Source: Vicugna vicugna
Taxonomy: Eukaryota
DNA: 64,000 nucleotides
Assembly (NCBI GenBank): GCA_013265495.1
Contig: MU060042.1
Location: 5,266,258-5,330,257 of the forward strand
Direction: 5' to 3'
Shown here: positions 36,671-49,549 of the stretch, one piece after another
How the letters are laid out: each line of letters begins with the position of its first letter
Position numbering within the stretch: position 1 is the stretch's first letter
Translations under genes and position numbers: made by a program
The notes under the pieces: model-generated
The model's input: the letters and a program-made list of their open reading frames with translations, nothing else
What the model was told of the DNA's origin: nothing
Database searches by the model: none

Positions 36671-37885
36671 ACCAGCTGAGGTTGGCTCTCTGCATGGCCG
36701 TCTTGGTTCCTAATCTCCAGTGAGTGTATGTGCTGACTATCTGAATTACTCACCGTTATGGTTGATTTTTAGTGAAACTGTGACCAGGTCACAAGGGATG
36801 CTGTGGTTTTCTGTAGCGTGTGGGCTGCATGGGGACGACAGAGCCAGTGTTGGAAGAGTGGGTTGTAGCTGTCACTTGACTGCAAACAGCTGTGTGATCT
36901 CAAGTGAGTTATCAAGTCTCCCTAGGAGGCCTGTTTCACTTTTTAAATGAGGGCCCGAACCAGCGACATTTTGAAGGTCCAGTCTACACATGTTCCTCAT
37001 TTAAGAAATCGGAAGCTGGTCACTTTCGCAGACAGGTGAAACACCAGTCCGAGCATCTCTTTACACCAGCACACACGTCACTCCTCTTGAACAGGTCAGG
37101 TAAGTTTGCGTAAGACGGGTAAGAAACACTTCTTACTGGAATGTGAAACAAGAAGCAGCATGATTCCCACAGGCGAGCTCAGCTTCTCTCTCTTCGTTCG
37201 TTTTCTCCCTCGGGTGACCCACAGGGAAGGGCCCAGCCTCCACTGCGACAGGATCCCAGCAAGTTAAAGGTAACTCTCATCACAGCAGAGACCAGGAACA
37301 CAGGCGGTTCCGGCTGGTCAGCCGCCTCGATGAAGTCAGGTATCTGTCCATCGACGGCCCGTCCACACCGCGGTCCAAACGGTCATAATGATTGCACGTG
37401 TGTGACGTCAAGTAGTTGCTTCAGTTTGAATTTAAACACAGCATGAAATGCTATGGAAGGTCTGATAATTTGGAAAATAGGGGGAAAAAAGAAGAGAAAT
37501 AGAAAAACACAAAGTTAAAAACATCAGTTTTGAATCCATGAAAAGCCTCTAAATTGACCACAGGAGCGTCCAACATGCGCTTGCTTGTGAAGACGTCCCG
37601 AAAGCAGCGGGACGTCCAGGAGCAGGGGTTCCGGTGCCAAGACCGTGCCCGTGATTGCCCAGTGATTTTAAAAGAGATAAAACAAAGATTCACCAATTGG
37701 TAAAGAATTCAGAATTGTTCTTCAATTGTTCTTCAGCAATACCACTTCTTGCAAGGGCCAGGTTTTCTTGTTTTGTTTTCTTTTTTTAAATAAAACGATG
37801 TCCTCCGGGTGTGGCAGCGTGCCTAGAGACCTATCAAATGCTCAAAAATGACGAGGAGGCAGATGACATGTTACCTTTGGGGAAA

Positions 37886-37895
37886 TGATTGACAG
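37886..37895 (+). promoter_or_regulatory. Perfect PBX-MEIS/PREP decamer
   Basis: TGATTGACAG, directly followed by CTAATC, in non-repetitive AT-rich DNA. Confidence 0.5.
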
Positions 37896-38489
37896 CTAAT
37901 CAAAACTTCACAGGAAAACTCCAAGTGAAACGTGCCTATTAGCGTCACAGGTACCTGTCTGTTCACAAGACACACTGCATTTCCTCGGTGGCGTCAGATG
38001 TCGGGTTCACGTATCTTAGTGACAATGACACTTGTGATGACAAGAGTTGTAAAATGATCCCTGATGCCGTTGAATGAATTGGAGATTTCTTTCCAAGAAG
38101 TCAGGGAAAATTGCAAATCTAAGTGAGTAAGAACGGGAGGGAACAGTGACCCTTTGCTAAAAGAAAAGAGCGAGAAAACACATAGTAACTCACAAATACG
38201 CATCATTTCAGAGGTGGAATGGCAGGATCTGGACGTATTATTTTATTAATTCCCGCAGAAAACTTTAAAGGAGTTCAACTAAAACAATAAATTAAATGAA
38301 AAAATTAATTTAACTAAATAACACAAAGAACAATAAAAATGAGGTGATTTGGTCACTTGGTTTGAGGATGCTTATTTATTTGGGCTTCAGGTAGCTACCA
38401 CTCTCCTGAGGAGATCTGCTCAGTGAACCGGACTGATTTCACTTTACCCAAAACTGACTTAGCTGAGACAGACGACTGGATAAAGAAGC

Positions 38490-38668
38490 NNNNNNNNNNN
38501 NNNNNNNNNNNNNNNNNNNNNNNNNNNNNNNNNNNNNNNNNNNNNNNNNNNNNNNNNNNNNNNNNNNNNNNNNNNNNNNNNNNNNNNNNNNNNNNNNNNN
38601 NNNNNNNNNNNNNNNNNNNNNNNNNNNNNNNNNNNNNNNNNNNNNNNNNNNNNNNNNNNNNNNNNNNN
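38490..38668. other. N run (179 nt)
   Basis: Directly visible; the upstream flank has AACAATAAA motifs and TAAT-rich sequence. Confidence 0.95.
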
Positions 38669-39189
38669 TTATTTACAAAACAGAAACAGACTCCCCTCTT
38701 TTGCAGCCTCACCCCTTCCCCTTCAGCCCCAGCTCCACGTGGACAGTGAGGGCAGGAGAAAGAGACCTGATCTTCAGATGGAGAGGCCTTGGTCCAAGCC
38801 CTGGGCTTTGTACTTTGCAGCTCAGACCTCAGGCAAGACCCAGCACCTCCAGTGGACGAGGGTGAGAGGTTAGAACTCTAGGCAGGCCCAGTCGCAGGGT
38901 CCCCCACTGTTTTTGCCTTCACTAATTTGTTGTAGGTGGCCCAGCTCCCTGCTCAAGACTGAGCAGTTAGTGGTGTGGCCGAGTTCAGAACCAGAACCCA
39001 GCATTCATGGCTGCCCCTCCTCCACAGCCCTCGGGCCACATCCCGGCCAGCCTGCTGTGTCAGAGGAGCTTTGTGTGAACAGAGCCACACCGACCTGCTG
39101 GCCTGTGAGCTGGCACATCCTCCATACCAGGGACGCAGCTGAGGAACCACCTCACATAGCACCTTGACATTCTGCCCCTTTAGTAACAG

Positions 39190-39440
39190 GTGTGCCATCG
39201 CTATGTATAAAACAGATGAACAACAAGGACCTACTGCAGAGCAAGGGAACTGTATTCAATTTCTTGTAGTAACATATAATGGAAAAGAATCTGAAAAGAA
39301 GATAAATCTGTGTGTGTATGTGCACAACCGAGTCACTGCACATGTATGACTGAAGCATGATGCTGTGCGCCAGACAGTGACACAACATTGCAAAGTGACT
39401 ACACGTCAATAGAAAACTAATTTTATTCAACCAAAAAATG
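39190..39440 (+). mobile_element. L1 3' end
   Basis: gatgaacaacaaggacctactgcagagcaagggaactgtattcaatttcttgtagtaacatataatggaaaagaatctgaaaa. Confidence 0.9.
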
Positions 39441-40079
39441 ATTTAATATTTGGAATTAAAAGCTCTGTGAATGAATTAAATGGCACATTCGTCCAAGTCT
39501 GAGAACCACTGGCCTGTGGAGTCATATGACAAGTCCGCCTCGGGGACCTCCTGGGGGTGACGTGTTCCCACCGGTGAGGACCCAGCCCCCAGCCAGCGAG
39601 ACCGGCACTTGCAGGAAACAGACACAACGTAAGAGATTCTGTCTGGAAGAAACGGCAGTGACCTCTGTCCAGGAGAGAAGATGACTGCAAAGGTTGTCCC
39701 TTCCTATCAGATGCTGAGCAGCTTTGTATCTGACTCAGTCCTGTTACCGCCAGTGTGGCTTTTTACCTGCCTAACTGCATCCATTCCCGTATCTTCCTTT
39801 GAAGCAGCTCCGCATCTTACTGGTGCCCTCGTGAAAGATCTACTACATCTTTGACAAATGCTCACCGCCCGTATCTATGAAAAAATGCTTTTAACTTTTT
39901 GAAAAAAAGTGCACTTTGACACAGGAGAGAGGTAACATCGCAAAGCAGCGAGTGGAAGGGACCACTTAGTGATCTGTGTTGGGAAAGTGGTTGTCCAAAG
40001 GGGGGACGTGAAATTTTATCCCAGCCCACCCCATCCACAAACCCTGATCAATTCTAGTGCATTAAGAACACCAATATGA

Positions 40080-40760
40080 GTCACTGAACCTTAGAGCTCT
40101 CACAAGAAAAATCAGTATAATAACTGTACAACCTTGAGGTGGTGGAAACTATGAACCTAGTCACAGGAAACACAAACCCAACAGAAAAAAAAAGAAGACA
40201 AAGCAAGAAACCCAACTGCATGGGATCAAGAGCTCCTGTGTCTCAAGACACACGTCAAAACAGTGACAAGGCAAGGCATCAACTGGGAGTCCAGATTTGC
40301 AACACATTTAACCAACAAAGGATTAATCATCAGAATATGCATATGAAAAAAACTTCTCCAAATCTGTAATAAAAAGGCAAACAACCTAATAGGTTCACAG
40401 CAGAGAAAAAAATACGGCGAGTAAACACAGGAACAGCTGCTTAACTCATTAGTAATCTGAGAAATGCAAATTAAAACAATAATGAGATGCCATTTGCACC
40501 CACCAGATTGGCAAAAGTTACAAAGTCTGACAGTACTACTTGTTGGTGGCAACGGATCCCTGAGAACACAGACTCCATCAGTGAGGATGTGGCTCGGAAG
40601 CACGGCTTTAGGAGCCATTCTGATGTCACCTAGCCCCTTCCCGGACCTGCAGCTGCTCTTCTGGCTGTTCGCCTGAGCCAGATCCTCGCAGAAACGCCCC
40701 GCCACCGGGAACAGGAGCACGCGCCATCTTTGCTTGCCTTGTAGCAAACCAGGGTCAGAG
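40080..40760 (+). mobile_element. Old L1ME-like fragment (ORF2 end and 3' UTR)
   Basis: aactcattagtaatctgagaaatgcaaattaaaacaataatgagatgccatttgcacccaccagattggcaaaa. Confidence 0.8.
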
Positions 40761-42379
40761 GCCCAGCAACGGGGCGTTGTCACACGTGGAGCACAGCTCA
40801 GCAGTGGCAGCGCACGTCCACGGTGTGGGCCAACTGTGTCCCTGGGTCTGGATTAGTTCCTGCTGAAATAAGATGTGTGATCGTTTTACAATGAGAGACG
40901 CGTGAAGAGAAGTCTGTTTCCTTGGATGTGGTCGGGGCAACTTTGAGGAACATACTGGGGGAGCCATTCGCCACCAAATAACTGAATTTCCCCAAAAGAG
41001 AAATATTATTCCTCTTCGCTTTCCCTTTCCTGCTTATTCTTTCAGTTTGAGGAAGTTATTATTTGGTCCTGAAAGGGTCAGCTCTGCCCGGCTAGCTAGC
41101 GCATATTTTGAACATCTTGCCACGTGCACTGAAAGGTAAAGAGGCTCCAGTGTCAACTGAAGGAAGCCCGCTGTCCAGGCGGGGTCCCTACCCGTCGCTT
41201 GTCCGAATATTGGCGGGCATCTGTATCCAGTTCCTCTGTGTTTTCACTGCTATCCTGATATCCTGTTTTGATGTGGTGAAGGGACAACGGGAATAAAGCG
41301 GGCTTCACTCCTGCACATAAAATTTGGAAGAACGCTAAGAAAAGAGAATGTTGGATTTCTGATTCACACGTGATAAGCAGCTTACGACACAGAAAAAGTG
41401 AATTATACGAAACCTTGCGAGGCAAGGTTGCATCTTTATCCTCATTCTAGCTGGACATTTGTTTTAATTTCTGTGGCGTTTGTATTTTATATTCTCAAGA
41501 ATTGCATTCATCCGACGTGCTTTGTTTCTTCCACCTTGCCCCGGTTCACTCAGGTGTTACTGCCTGGGCTGGGCCATTTTAAGAACATCTTGCAAAAGCG
41601 ACCTGGGCACCGAAAGGTTTACAAAATCACATTGGGGGCGAATGTTACTGCCTTGAAAAGATGATTGCTACAGATATAAAAGAGAACGTTCTCTTTTACA
41701 CTCCATCCAAACTCCCACTTTAACGCAAAAAGAAATTTGTCGAAAGGACCCAATTCAGGGAAAATAGATTGCTCCATAAAAGAGAAAGAGAAATGGTGAC
41801 GATTAAAACGTTGCAACGTCTTAAGATTAGAATGTGGACAAGAGGCTGAAACGCTGGTGCGTGATGGTCTCCCTCCTCCCTCCCTCCACCCCCACCCCAA
41901 GCCCGATTCAGCTCGGTGCCTACTGGCTGATTTCCCTCAGCTAGGGAGCTTATGCGGCCCCACTGAAATAATGGAACACATGGATGGAAAATAACCCCAA
42001 AGATGGGGAAGCTGAAAATGCAAGATTGATAAAGTAATTTTAATTTGGCTTTACATATGTTAAGGTAGTTAGGGTGACTTCTGTGAAGGAGTCCAACTGT
42101 GTAAAGACAGATGTGCAGAAACTGATTAAAGGCACACACCCCCCTCCCAAGGCGGGCGCGTGCTTCCTTCTCACCAAGGCAGTGCCGATTTTATTTCAGA
42201 GCACGCTGTGCTGTTTTCGCAAGCCAGAACACCTCGGAGAAGGGCCTGTGCCGTCGCTCGTCACTCCTCGGGGATGCTGAACGCCACCCAGCCTCTCTCG
42301 GCCTGTCGCCCTTGTGATACGGAAAGCGATGGGTCTGGTTTCAGCAGCCGTCTCCTTGGCTCCGTGAGAAGGGGCGAGG

Positions 42380-43450
42380 CGGCCGGGCAGGGAGCAGGTG
42401 AGGGACGGGGGGCAGGAAGCCCGCCCACGGGCCCGCGAGCAGTCATTTAGCTCCTTCTCCACGCTTGTCTCTGCGCGGCTCCAGAATCTGTTTTTCCTCC
42501 TCAATCTGCCCTTACTGTTACTAACGTTCGAAAACATCACCGATGAAATGAAGGCTCCTGCTGTCACATTGATCCTCGCCGCAGTCTGGGGCCCGAGACG
42601 CCCAGACTGCAGCGCTGTCCCTGGCGCGGCCCGGGCTCCCGCTGCTCCGCCGTCAGCGCCGTCTGGAGCCAGGGACGCCGCGGCCGCGCTGTCCAGGGAG
42701 ACGCGCTGAGGGATCGATGTGGCGGCGGGGTGGGGGGCGTCCCTCTGAGACACCGAGACCCAGCAAAGGCAAAGTCACGACAGCTGCTCCGGGCCGGGCG
42801 TTCCGGTCACGCTGGGAGGCGGCGTGCGTCTCTGCAGAGCCTTCCAGGCCCGAGGGTCTGCGAGCAGCAGCCTCCGCTGCGGTGGGGGCGAGGCTGCGAG
42901 GTTAGCGGGGAGGGACGCACTTGTCACCCGGCTCTTTGCACCCCCCTCGCAAGGCCAGAGATGTGGGATTTGGACGCAAACGTGGTTACGGGGCCTCTCA
43001 CCCAGAGCTGTGCTGTCCACGGACACGGGGCGCGGTGGGCCCAAGGCACGCTGGGGTCCCCCGCGTCACACGGAGGGGCAGTTTCACCCGAGGCTCTGCG
43101 GGGGTCATTGCCGAGACGGGGTGTCCGCAGCACTTCGAAACTCTTGCTCTCTGCAGTCTGAGGTCATTTCTCCTCAAGACGAGGGATTCTCTGAGAATCA
43201 AGAGGCTTGACGGAAAAGACCACGAACCTCCCGGAGGTAACCTCAGTATTTTGAAGGTTTCCGAGCCCAGGAGAGGCGAGATGCTCTGCCCACGATCCAG
43301 AGCAGCGCCCTGAGCTAGGAAGTGCGGCTCCTCGGTGCAGTTTCCGGGGGCGCGCTGCCCCGCGGGCTCCTCTCCCCTGCAGCGGTGACAGCGGCCGGTG
43401 GGGACCCAGCGCGTGGACCGGGCGGCGCCGCGGGGCGCAGCCACGCACGG
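42380..43450. promoter_or_regulatory. Orphan CpG-rich island / candidate poised enhancer
   Basis: High CpG density with a NotI site (GCGGCCGC, near 42680); embedded AT-richer core with CTGTCA and ATTGAT (about 42561-42575); no associated exon recognised. Confidence 0.5.
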
Positions 43451-43658
43451 GGCACAGGGTTCAGCAACCAACGAAGGAAAACTCTGCGCTTCTGAATGCC
43501 AGCCCGTGTGTCTGCGAAAAACAAATTGGTTTGTGACAGTTTTCACCAGCCCACGAGTTTCTGGCAAACTGTATTTCTCACAAATATGAATGTAATTACA
43601 GAGGGAGTTCTGAGGGGTTAAACAAGGTCTTCATCCAGTTAGTCAGAAGACACTGGCC

Positions 43659-44170
43659 TGTTACCGAGTCCACAATCATTCTGCTCCCGCACGGCAGGAC
43701 AATAAATCGGGAGACAAGGTGTTGGGGCAGGAATAACGACTTTATTCAGAAAGCCGGCAGACCGAGAAGACGGGGGACTAACGTCCTGGAGAACCGTCTT
43801 CCCCAGGTCAGAGCTCAGGCTCCTTTTATGCTAAGAGTGGAGGGGGTGCGGTTGGTCGTTGCAAGCCTCTTGGCGTCAGAATCCTTTGTTCTTGCAGCCG
43901 TGCACGTGGGTCAGGTCGTGGTGTCCTTGCAAACCTCTAACTAGACAAGTGCTACTCTCTGTTCTGCAACTTTTTATCTGTGAATGGAAAAGAGTTCTCC
44001 CCTTGAAGGTCAGAGCCTGGAGGATGGGCTCTCCTGTGTATCTCAGGCTCTAGGCAACGACTTTTACAAAAGGTGCAGAGCCAGCATGACTCAGCCCAGG
44101 AGACAGAGCCCAGGGTTAGAGCCGAAGGAGCAGATCTAATAGGGAGTCGCGTTTGTTCTTCCCTGTTACC
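43659..44170 (-). mobile_element. Solo ERV1-type LTR, 512 bp, with 4-bp TSD
   Basis: TSD GGCC at 43655-43658 and 44171-44174. Minus strand starts GGTAACAGGGAAGAACAAA (canonical TG changed to GG) and ends GGACTCGGTAACA. TATA-like CATAAAA near 43830, AATAAA at 43741-43746, AP-1 TGACTCA near 44087. Confidence 0.88.
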
Positions 44171-44389
44171 GGCCTGTGTATAAGTTTACTGCTCTGCATT
44201 CCCTCTGGTCAGAGCAATTCTCATCTAGTGCGTGGGGTCCTCACCCTGCCCTCTGGTCCCCGCCCTCCAGGTGTCCCCAGTCCAGCCATCACCCTCCTGT
44301 GGGACTAACAGCACACCTTTCCTGTGTCGTCCACTGGGTCCAGCCCTTACACTGGCTCCCGGCTCCCCACGTGCTGTCCCTCTCTGGAC

Positions 44390-46180
44390 CTGCACGGGCG
44401 CCCACTTGGTATCAGTGCATTTCCCAAGAGTGGGGTTGCTGGGCCAGAGGGCGAGTGTTTAACTTTGGAAACAACCGCCAGACTGCTGGCGGTGCCCTGC
44501 AGCCTGCACGCCCTCCAGCAGTGCCCGGCAGCTCCCACTGCTCCGTGCTGCCTTCGTCCCGGGGTTCCCAGAGCACAGGACCACAGGCTGGGGGGCTTTA
44601 CCGGCCCCACGTTACGTTCACACAGCTCTGGAGGCTGGACGTCCGCCATCGAGATGCTGGCAGGCCTGGTTTCTCCTGAGGCCTCTTTCTCGTTGGGTCC
44701 TCGCACAGTCCTCCTCCGTGTGTGCAAGCACCCCTCCTGTCTCCCTGAGTGTGCAAATGTCTTCTCACTGGAAGGAGAGCAGTCACCCTGGATGAAGGCC
44801 CCCTGCCAGCCTCATTTTAACTTGGCCACCTCTTTAAAGGCCTCGCCCCCTCATACAGCCACACTCTAAGTCAGGGCTTCAACACGCGGATTTTTCTGGA
44901 CACAGGTCAGCCCGTGGCACAAATGCTCACAGAAGCTCATTGCGCCGTTTCCTCTCCGTCTCATGGTCGGGGTGGAGTGGTATCTAATTTGCATCTTCCC
45001 GATGACTGCAGTCTTGGGCACCTTCCATAGACGTGCACACTCTTGCATTTCCTTCTGTGACAAGTCTTTTATGATTTATTTTTACAAATCAGGTTGTTTT
45101 TTTTTTCCTATTTTTGGTTAAATATATTCTCAATATATTCTCAATAAGTTACTCGGTGAAATATGTTTTGCATATTTTTCTTAATATGTGGTTTGCTTAC
45201 TCATTTTCTTAATGTTGTCTTTTGATTAAGCCTAATATATCCTTTTATGATTCATGCTTGCTTTCTCCTAAGAAATATTTGCCCACCTCAAGTGTGTGCT
45301 TACACCCATCACAAATTAATTCCTGGGGAAGAAGTCATGTGATGGCTTAAGCTTATTTTCACACGTGTGACTGTCTATTTGTCCCAGAAGATGCCCGTCT
45401 TCCCTTGAATTCCCGTGGCACATTGACTGAAACGCAGTAGACTGTGTCTGTGTGGCTCTAGTTCATGATGTTTCACTCTGTTCACCTGTCATCTATGACT
45501 TTTGCATAACTACACTCTCTTGAGTAACATAGCTTTCTATAAACTCTTGAATTCAGCTAGATTGAGTCCTTTACCTTTGTCCTTCATTTCTCTTTCATAT
45601 GTTAGACAACTTGTATTTGCATGTAATTTTAGAATCAGCTTGTCAATGTTTTGAAAAAACCTGCTGTGATTTTGATAAGATTGGTAAAATCTATAGGTTA
45701 ATTTTGAGAGAACAAACATCTTGAGTCTTTCTATCCATGAAAATGGTATATATCTCACCATTTACTTAATTCTTGAACTTCTTTCAACAATGTTTTGTAG
45801 TTTTCAGTGTGAATTTATTCCTAGGCATTTGATTTTTTATTACATTTTAATGCAATTTTAAAACTGTGATTTTAAAATTCAGTTTCCTTTTGCTCGTTGT
45901 AGTCTGTAGACACTGTTATACTGTCACATTATGTATTGACCTCGTATCCTAAGACCTACCTAAATTCACATGCTAATCCAGGTGGAGTATTTGGGGGTGT
46001 TGTTTTGGGTTTTTGTTTTGGTCTTTGGTTTGTTTTTTTTTTTTGAGATTTCATATCATCTGCAATAACAATTGTTTGACTTTTTCCTTCACAATGCATA
46101 TAACTTCTCTTTATCAGGGTAAAACATGAAGTGTAGTGTCACACAGAAGTGGTAAAAGCAGACATCCTTGCTTTTTTGGC
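44390..46180 (-). mobile_element. Old L1M (3' UTR to mid ORF2), antisense, interrupted by MLT1
   Basis: gagtggggttgctgggccagaggg, ggtatctaatttgcatcttcccgatgac, tctatccatgaaaatggtat and agaagtggtaaaagcagacatccttg. Confidence 0.8.
44549..44919 (-). mobile_element. MLT1 (ERVL-MaLR) solo LTR nested in L1
   Basis: cacagctctggaggctggacgtcc, ctggtttctcctgaggcctct, gcctcattttaacttggccacctctttaaagg and caggtcagcccgtggca match MLT1A-C order. Confidence 0.85.
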
Positions 46181-46184
46181 CTTG

Positions 46185-47500
46185 AGGTGAAAACCTGACA
46201 AAGACATTGAAAAAGAGGAAAATTACAGACCAATGTCTTTTATGAATATATAAGCTAAAATTTTAATCAAATAGGAACAAATGTAATGCAAAAGCATATT
46301 AAGATATATTCTTTTGCCATGGCCGAAAGGAGATCATTACAAGAAGGCAAGACTTATTTATCTTTTAAACCCAACCGATGTAAATCATTGCAGTGAAAGA
46401 ATGAAGAGGAAAAGCTATATGGTCCTCTCATTAGATACTCAAAATCATTTCACAAAATTCTACACCTGTTCATGATAAACTCTCAGAAATCTAAGAATAG
46501 AAATATATTTTCTTAAAATGATAAAAACATCATCACAGCTAATGGTGAAACACTGAATGCCTTCACCCTGAGGTCAGGGAGGCAACGTTCACCACTGCCT
46601 TTTATTTTCACCATGTATTTGACGTTCCAGCAAGTGTAACAAGGAAAGAGAAAGAAAAAGAAAGATATTAAAATTGGAAAAGAAGAAATAAAACCATCTT
46701 CTTCCCTCAAGTCTCATAACGATCTCTTTGGAAAATACACAGCCATCTACAAAAACACTTAAAGATAGTTAAATAAAATTAAGACATTTTCTAAATCCTA
46801 CATCAATATGTTATATTTTATATACTACCAACATGCAAACAGAAAAGCAAATTTAAAAGTAATGTGTGTAATTGTTTAAAAAATTAAATGCTTAGAATAA
46901 GTCTAACAAAAGTTGTGGAAAACATCTATTAAAACATTACTGAGAAAAAGTAAAGAAAAGTAAATGGAGAATGTTTCCTGTTTATGGGATTTTAATATGC
47001 ACTATTCTGACTGTGTCAATATTCTACACATTAAACTATACATCAAGTGTAATTCTAATCAATATTCCTGTGCTTTTTTGTAAAAATGGACAAACTGATT
47101 CTAAATGTATAGTCAAATGAGGTAACATAGATTATTTGGGTAATATTGAAAAAGAAAAAAATCTGAGAAGTCAGTCTAGCAGATAGCATAAATTAATATA
47201 ATTTACGGCTTACGGTCGCTTGGACAGTATGGTGTCCTGTGAGAGAAGAAAAAGACGACTAGTGAACTGGGAGTGGTGTCTCTGGCAGACCCACATGTGT
47301 GCACTTAACTTACAACAGAGGCCTCGCTGCAATTCAGGGCTGAAAGGATTTTTTTTTTTTTTTGGATAATTGGTGCTTATGCAACTGGATAGTCACAAGG
47401 GAAAACAATTGACCCCGACTCCATCCTCACACACACACACACACACTAATTTGAGATGAATAATAGACCTAACTGTCAAAGCCAGAAAAAATTTTAATAA
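46185..47500 (+). mobile_element. Old L1M ORF2 (RT region) fragment, sense
   Basis: aaaacctgacaaagacattgaaaaagaggaaaattacagaccaat, acaaaattctacacctgttcatgataaac and aatggacaaactgattctaaat; frameshifted. Confidence 0.85.
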
Positions 47501-47754
47501 GATAAATGACACCTAATATAAGAACGAAAGTACAAAAGGAACGAAAGTACAAAAAGCCAACCTCATACAAATATTTAAAAAATGATTCAACCAAACTGTC
47601 TTCTATTTATTTTATGCCCCTTTAAAAATATTTTATCTCTTATTATCTTTAATTTATTTTGAACTCTATAAGAGCTCTTTCAGATTGTCTTCCAAATATT
47701 AATCAATTATTCCCATGATGTGTATGGGAAATACGTTCTATACTGTGGATCGAT

Positions 47755-48100
47755 AGTCCTTCATCCAACACTTACTAAGCACTTCTGATTTTTAGGTGTT
47801 TATTATATGCTAAGCTAAATGGTAAAGTAGACAGATGATAGACGGACAGACAGCTATGGATATGTACCCTGTCCTTACAGACAGGGATTTCTGGTGAATT
47901 CTGTTGAGACCCAGTGAATGGTAGGGCGCGAAGTAGACAAGGGAAAGCTCATTTGATACGAGTGATGACAGGGAAGTGACCAAGGGTGTCATGACAGACT
48001 TTAGATATGGCACTAACTCAAATCTTGGAATAAAAAAAAAAACACCTTCCCAGATAAAAGGACTTCTAAAGTGAGACTGGAAGGTTGTGAGCCTGTTGGG
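47755..48100 (-). mobile_element. L2 fragment
   Basis: catccaacacttactaagcact and ccctgtccttacagac resemble the antisense L2 3' end. Confidence 0.45.
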
Positions 48101-48299
48101 TCACAGGTGTTCTAACCAGGAAGGCACGCAGCCCATCAAGGGCGGGACCAAGGGAACCGGGCGTCATGGCTGCAGGCTGCAGGAGGGGGCACTACCTGCG
48201 GAGGATTTGGAACTAATAATAAAACTGCCTTGCACTTTGTCTGCTTTTTATTGTCACCATGTGCCTGCAATTCTGTACAATTTGCTTCTTGCAAAAAAA

Positions 48300-49240
48300 C
48301 TGCTATAAAATGCAAAACTGTAAAACTCCTGGGGATAAGAGAGGAGGAGACCTAGACCACCGTGGGTTTGGCCGCAGCCGCTTCCGTCCGGTGCCAAAGG
48401 CACAGCGCACGCGGGAGGTAACTGATGAGCTCGACTTCTCTGATATTAAAACATCCGCTCTGAGAAAATCAATGTCAAAAGATGAGAAGACAAGCCACAA
48501 GCATGTACTTGCCAGATACATGTCTGATAAAGAGCAGTTATCCAAATGCACAAACAGCACTTAAAACTCAACAATCAGAAAGCAAGCAACCTGGTTAAAA
48601 ATGGGCCAAAGGTCTCAAAAGACACCTCAGCAAAGAAGGTAAGAGGATGACACGTATGTGTATGAAAAGATGCTCCACGTTATATGTCAGCCAGAAATTG
48701 CAGATTTAGGCCATGAGACACCACTGCACAACAGCACTGAGGACACCGGATGCTGGGGAGGACGTGGCGCCGCAGGAGCCCTCACCACTGCTGGCGGGAG
48801 CACGACATGGCACAGCCGCTCTGGAAGACAGTCGGACCGCTTCCTACGACGCCAAGCCTGTGCCACCACACAGTCCCGCAGTCATGCTCCTTGCTGTTCA
48901 TTCAAGGGAGCTGAGCGCCTGGGTCCACCTAGGAACCTGCACAGAGATGTTTACAGCAGCTTCGTTCATATCTGCCAAAATTTGAAAGTACCCTCGGTGT
49001 CCTTTAGAGGGTAAATGGGTAGCCTTGCAGGGATAACCCGGCGAAGGATGAGTACGCAGAGTCTATTGGCGTAGAGAATGTGTCTGTGTGGTTTCATCCG
49101 TTGCAGCAAATTCACGACCTTGGTGGCGGATGCTGACAGTGGGGGAGGCCATGCATGTCTCGGGGTAGGGGGTGCACAAACATTTCTGTATCTTCCTCTC
49201 AATTTTGCTCTAACCTTAAACTGCTCTAAAAAAGACTTAG
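48300..49240 (+). mobile_element. L1MC-like fragment (ORF2 end plus 3' UTR), strongly GC-shifted
   Basis: aaaactcaacaatcagaaagcaagcaacc, tatgaaaagatgctccacgttatatgtc, aacctgcacagagatgtttacagcagc and ctcaattttgctctaaccttaaactgctctaaaaa. Confidence 0.88.
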
Positions 49241-49549
49241 AAATGCTTATAGGTCCAAATTCTAGACAATTACTATAGAACTGTCGAGTTTTAGTAATAA
49301 TAATAATATGTATATATAGCATCAAATAAGCACATTTCTACTACTTGTATTTTAATGAGCATTGTGTTCAAACCAGCAGTGACTTTGGAGAGCTCCCAGC
49401 TACGCAGTGAGCCTCGCATTCTCAGGAGTCGGGATGTGTGTTCATTTCAAGGGCAAATTCAAAATCAGTTAAGCTCCCCTGGGGCACCATTCTTTGCCTT
49501 TTACCTGCAGTATTTAGGGCAGGTACAGCTAATGTACAGTGTGACTCGG

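Noticed and set aside
47523-47556. Short tandem duplications (aacgaaagtacaaaa x2; similar at about 21295, 37712 and 45122)
   Set aside because: Ordinary slippage duplications with no array structure
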